From: Utricularia gibba
Taxonomy: Eukaryota > Plantae > Magnoliophyta
DNA length: 24,235 nt
NCBI GenBank assembly: GCA_002189035.1
Contig: NEEC01000347.1
Coordinates: forward strand, 1-24,235
Direction: 5' to 3'
Shown here piece after piece: positions 21,345 to 24,235 of the stretch (positions are counted from its first letter, which is position 1; every line of letters starts with the position of its first letter). The position numbers were made by a program, and so were the translations under genes. The notes under the pieces are model-generated. The model saw only the letters and a list, made by a program, of their open reading frames with translations. It did not search any database and was not told the origin of the DNA.

Positions 21345-23441
21345 ATGGTGGAATACGCGTCAGTTCCCTTTTCGTTCAAGTCCTGCTGTTGCTGCCGCTA
21401 CCTGCACTCTCTGATTCTCGCCACAGGCCCCGGGGCTTACTGAAATTTACGGTTGCTACGCGGAATTTTCAAAGATACAGGGTCCGATTGGCGGTAGATG
21501 TTGGTGGCGACCAAGGGTATTTTGGAATTTTCAGGAAGGATTTGGTGACGCAACGCCGGCTGCGAGTGTCAGCCGTGGAGGCCAGGCAACCCGAATGGAT
21601 CGGCAATGGTGAAAAGGTAATAATTTTTGTATACTCGTGTTTGTATACGTGAACATCTGTTGCTCTTCATGATTTTTAAGGCTGTAGCTGCGTAAGTATG
21701 CAGATGGAAAAAGAAAACAAAATTGAATTCGAATGAAAATGTGGGATATGTAATTGCCTTTTGAAATCGCCATGGTTAAATAAAGGGAACATTCTATGTG
21801 CATCTTCCAGCTGCAAGCTTTACTTTAACATGGATATTAGGAAATGTGTACAGATGTCCAGTGAAGGTGCCTTGGAATCAAGTCACAGACTGAAAACGAG
21901 CGGATTACAGAAAAGGGTTGTTTTTGGTCTGGGAATCGGTTTATCTGCAGCAGGAGTAGTGCTCGCGGGTGGATGGGTATACACTATTACACTTGCTGCG
22001 GCAGTTTTTGTTGGAGCCAGGGAGTATTTTGAGTTAGTCAGGAGTCGTGGAATTTCAGCTGGAATGGCTCCTCCCCCTCGATTCGTATCAAGAGCTTGTT
22101 CTGTTATCTGTTGTGTGATGCCTATTCTTACTCTGTAAGAGCTTTTTCTTTGTCTATTATTTAGGCCCCTCATGAAGCAAGAACCTTTCTGCTATCATAA
22201 TATATTAATTTTCGTTATTTGCTGAATTTGATTCCCTACCCTGTCAGATACTATGGGAATATTGACATCTCAGTCACATTTGCGGCCTTTTTCGTTGCTG
22301 TGGCTCTGATCTTGCAACGAGGAAGTCCACGTTTTGCTCAGCTTAGCAGTACGATGTTTGGATTATTTTATTGTGGATTTCTTCCTTGTTTCTGGTTAAG
22401 CTAAGGTGTGGTTTGGCAGCCCCAGGTCTGAACACAAGTAAGATTAGTTCAGTTTCGTGTTCTTTGTGGAACTCGTTGTACTCTACTTCATCAGTATGTG
22501 TGTAATGTGAATTCATTTTTTACAATGAAAACTTTCGTTTTCCCATTTCTTTTTCCTAGTTATTTGGCCGACATTAGGATCAATAGTGATGAGAAAACGT
22601 CTTGACCAGCAAGTATGGCACATTGTTTTAAATCCACGCATGTACTTGTTATAGGATCAGCAGCTTCTTGGCCCATTCTTCTTGGAGGGCCAACTCTGTG
22701 GACTGTTGGTCTTGTGGCCACCTTGGTCTCAATTTCCAGTGTTATAGCAGCTGATACATTTGCTTTCTTTGGTGGAAAGGTATCCATTTCTCGCCAATCC
22801 TAAACATTTCTGCTACAGGCCCGACCCTTGATGTATGCACAATGTGTTACAGGTCTTTGGTCGAACTCCACTCACTACAGTCAGTCCAAAAAAGACATGG
22901 GAAGGGGTTCTCTTTGGATTAGGTGGTTGCATAGCAACTTCAGTGTTCCTAAGCAGGATCTTTGGCTGGCCTGCATCTTCTCTTAGGTTCTTTCTTCACC
23001 CTTTGTTTTCTTACAGTCATTCTCTTTCCGTTTTGTTTTCATACCCAGTGGCATTGTGTGTAAGCTGTTCTCTATCCAATTTATCTCAGTTCTGTTGCGC
23101 TTGGGTTTCTGATCTTCCTCGGCTCCCTATTTGGCGATCTTACCGAGTCCATGATCAAGCGTGATGCTGGTGTCAAAGATTCAGGTTCACTTATACCTGG
23201 ACATGGTTAGGCCACTCGATCTTGTTTTGATGCATCTGTTCTTCTCATGGCATCAGCTACTACAGCCTGCATACATCTTCCAAGTTTGACTACATGGAGC
23301 TATGAATTCCCTTCATCTCTAATCCTATAATTGTTATTGGTTCATTCAGGTGGTGTTCTTGACAGGACAGATAGCTACATCTTTACAGGAGCACTGGCTT
23401 ATGCATTCGTTAAAACATTCTTACCCCTCTTTGGAGTTTGA
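21345..23441 (+). CDS. CDS4/5: Plastid-type phosphatidate cytidylyltransferase / CDP-diacylglycerol synthase (CDS4/CDS5-like)
   Basis: Exons 21345-21616, 21854-22134, 22248-22437, 22655-22779, 22853-22986, 23090-23205, 23350-23441. Motifs [69 protein letters not shown]. Apparent single-base losses at ~21401 (C) and ~22394 (G; FWVKLRCG). Confidence 0.95.
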
Positions 23442-24048
23442 TAAACAAATGCTGCCGGATTCCGGTGTGGCCAGGCGACATCCCTACGACCATGACAACT
23501 TACAACGAGGTAACTATGTGCTCTGTGATGGTGATTTTGCCGTTGACACAACTCACATTATTGGTGCCTGAAAAAGGCGTAGTTCTCCTTAGAATTTTGG
23601 GCCAGGGAAACTTAATCCTCCAAGTTCCTTGCATACTCCTCGACCATAAATAGCAAGAGGATGGATTATGTGCTGCAGTTGCTACTTCTTTGATTGAATA
23701 AACATATAGAACTGCGCATTCGTAGATTCATCTCTGTTCTTGAGACACGTACATATGTGTAGGAATGCATGCATGAGACATGCAGAACAGCTATGAGATG
23801 TAGCAGGAAAATCAGATGAAAGAAGCAACTAGTGAAATTCATAAGCTTTCTGAGTTCCTTGTTTCAAAGATAGAACAGCAGCAGAAGCATCATGTCTTGT
23901 TTGTTCTGTTTTGTTTTTTTTTGTCCAACAGCCTTGCAGAAGAATTCAAAAGCATCAAAATTAGTAGTCATACGATGGAACTGATACGCAAATCTAAGCG
24001 AATAACTAGGGATAGTGAGTGCAACAGTCAGTAAGTGATAAATGGAGT

Positions 24049-24235
24049 TCAGCCTCTCCAAGCTGAAGCTGAAATCAGCTCCTTGCGTTGCCAGCAGAGA
24101 ACAAGAGAAGACTGTCTCTTCTCCACTTGAAATCCTCCAACAGAGGCCCTTTTGATAATACATTCTGCCTGCGCATCTGCGAAGTGGCTGAAGGTTACAG
24201 GGGAGAAACCAGCTGACAAAAACATGGACCTCCAG
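24049..24235 (-). CDS. HAM: GRAS transcription factor, HAM/SCL6-SCL22-SCL27 clade, C-terminal SAW motif (partial)
   Basis: The frame from 24234 reads WRSMFLSAGFSPVTFSHFADAQAECIIKRASVGGFQVEKRQSSLVLCWQRKELISASAWRG*, with the stop at 24051-24049. It is absent from the supplied ORF track because its ATG lies outside the window. Confidence 0.93.
   Translation of the reverse strand, partial: WRSMFLSAGFSPVTFSHFADAQAECIIKRASVGGFQVEKRQSSLVLCWQRKELISASAWRG

Noticed and set aside
23442-23700. Short ORFs downstream of CDS4/5
   Set aside because: No recognisable motifs on either strand; most likely converging 3' UTRs.
23864-24163. 99-aa minus-strand ORF at the right edge
   Set aside because: It overlaps the GRAS SAW motif in another frame and runs into its 3' UTR, with no recognisable similarity.
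1-24235. CRISPR arrays, tRNA/rRNA genes, prokaryotic defence systems
   Set aside because: The sequence is spliceosomal-intron-containing plant nuclear DNA, and no repeat-spacer array or structural RNA signature was seen.

Overview
Eukaryotic (eudicot plant) nuclear DNA with short introns. The flanks hold conserved genes: a SET-domain methyltransferase (3' part, 1-2623), an FHA/coiled-coil gene (5370-9417), an intact VAP27 (18774-20697), a plastid-type CDP-DAG synthase CDS4/5 (21345-23441) and the last 61 codons of a HAM/SCL6-type GRAS factor (24049-24235, minus strand). Between them (~3.0-18.5 kb) is a heavily rearranged accessory zone built around an uncharacterised small 4-transmembrane gene family. 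Manual splicing shows this family has two exons: a 59-nt exon 1 (MAAFQNARGYG...) and a large exon 2. It occurs as one intact copy (13837-13164, minus), one copy whose exon 1 has become a uORF in front of a new in-frame ATG (17766-18430), a rearranged copy (9880-10404), fragments, an orphan exon 1, and a ~280-bp-arm fold-back (3063-3753) that could give hairpin RNA against the family. The same zone contains two dead VAP27 copies, two duplicated pieces of the FHA last exon, and a CYP18-1-type cyclophilin split into two oppositely oriented halves 7.5 kb apart, consistent with an inversion. About seven single-base losses in short homopolymers interrupt otherwise conserved genes and look like long-read consensus errors, so frameshift-based pseudogene calls are treated cautiously. 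All family assignments are from recalled protein similarity; no searches were run.
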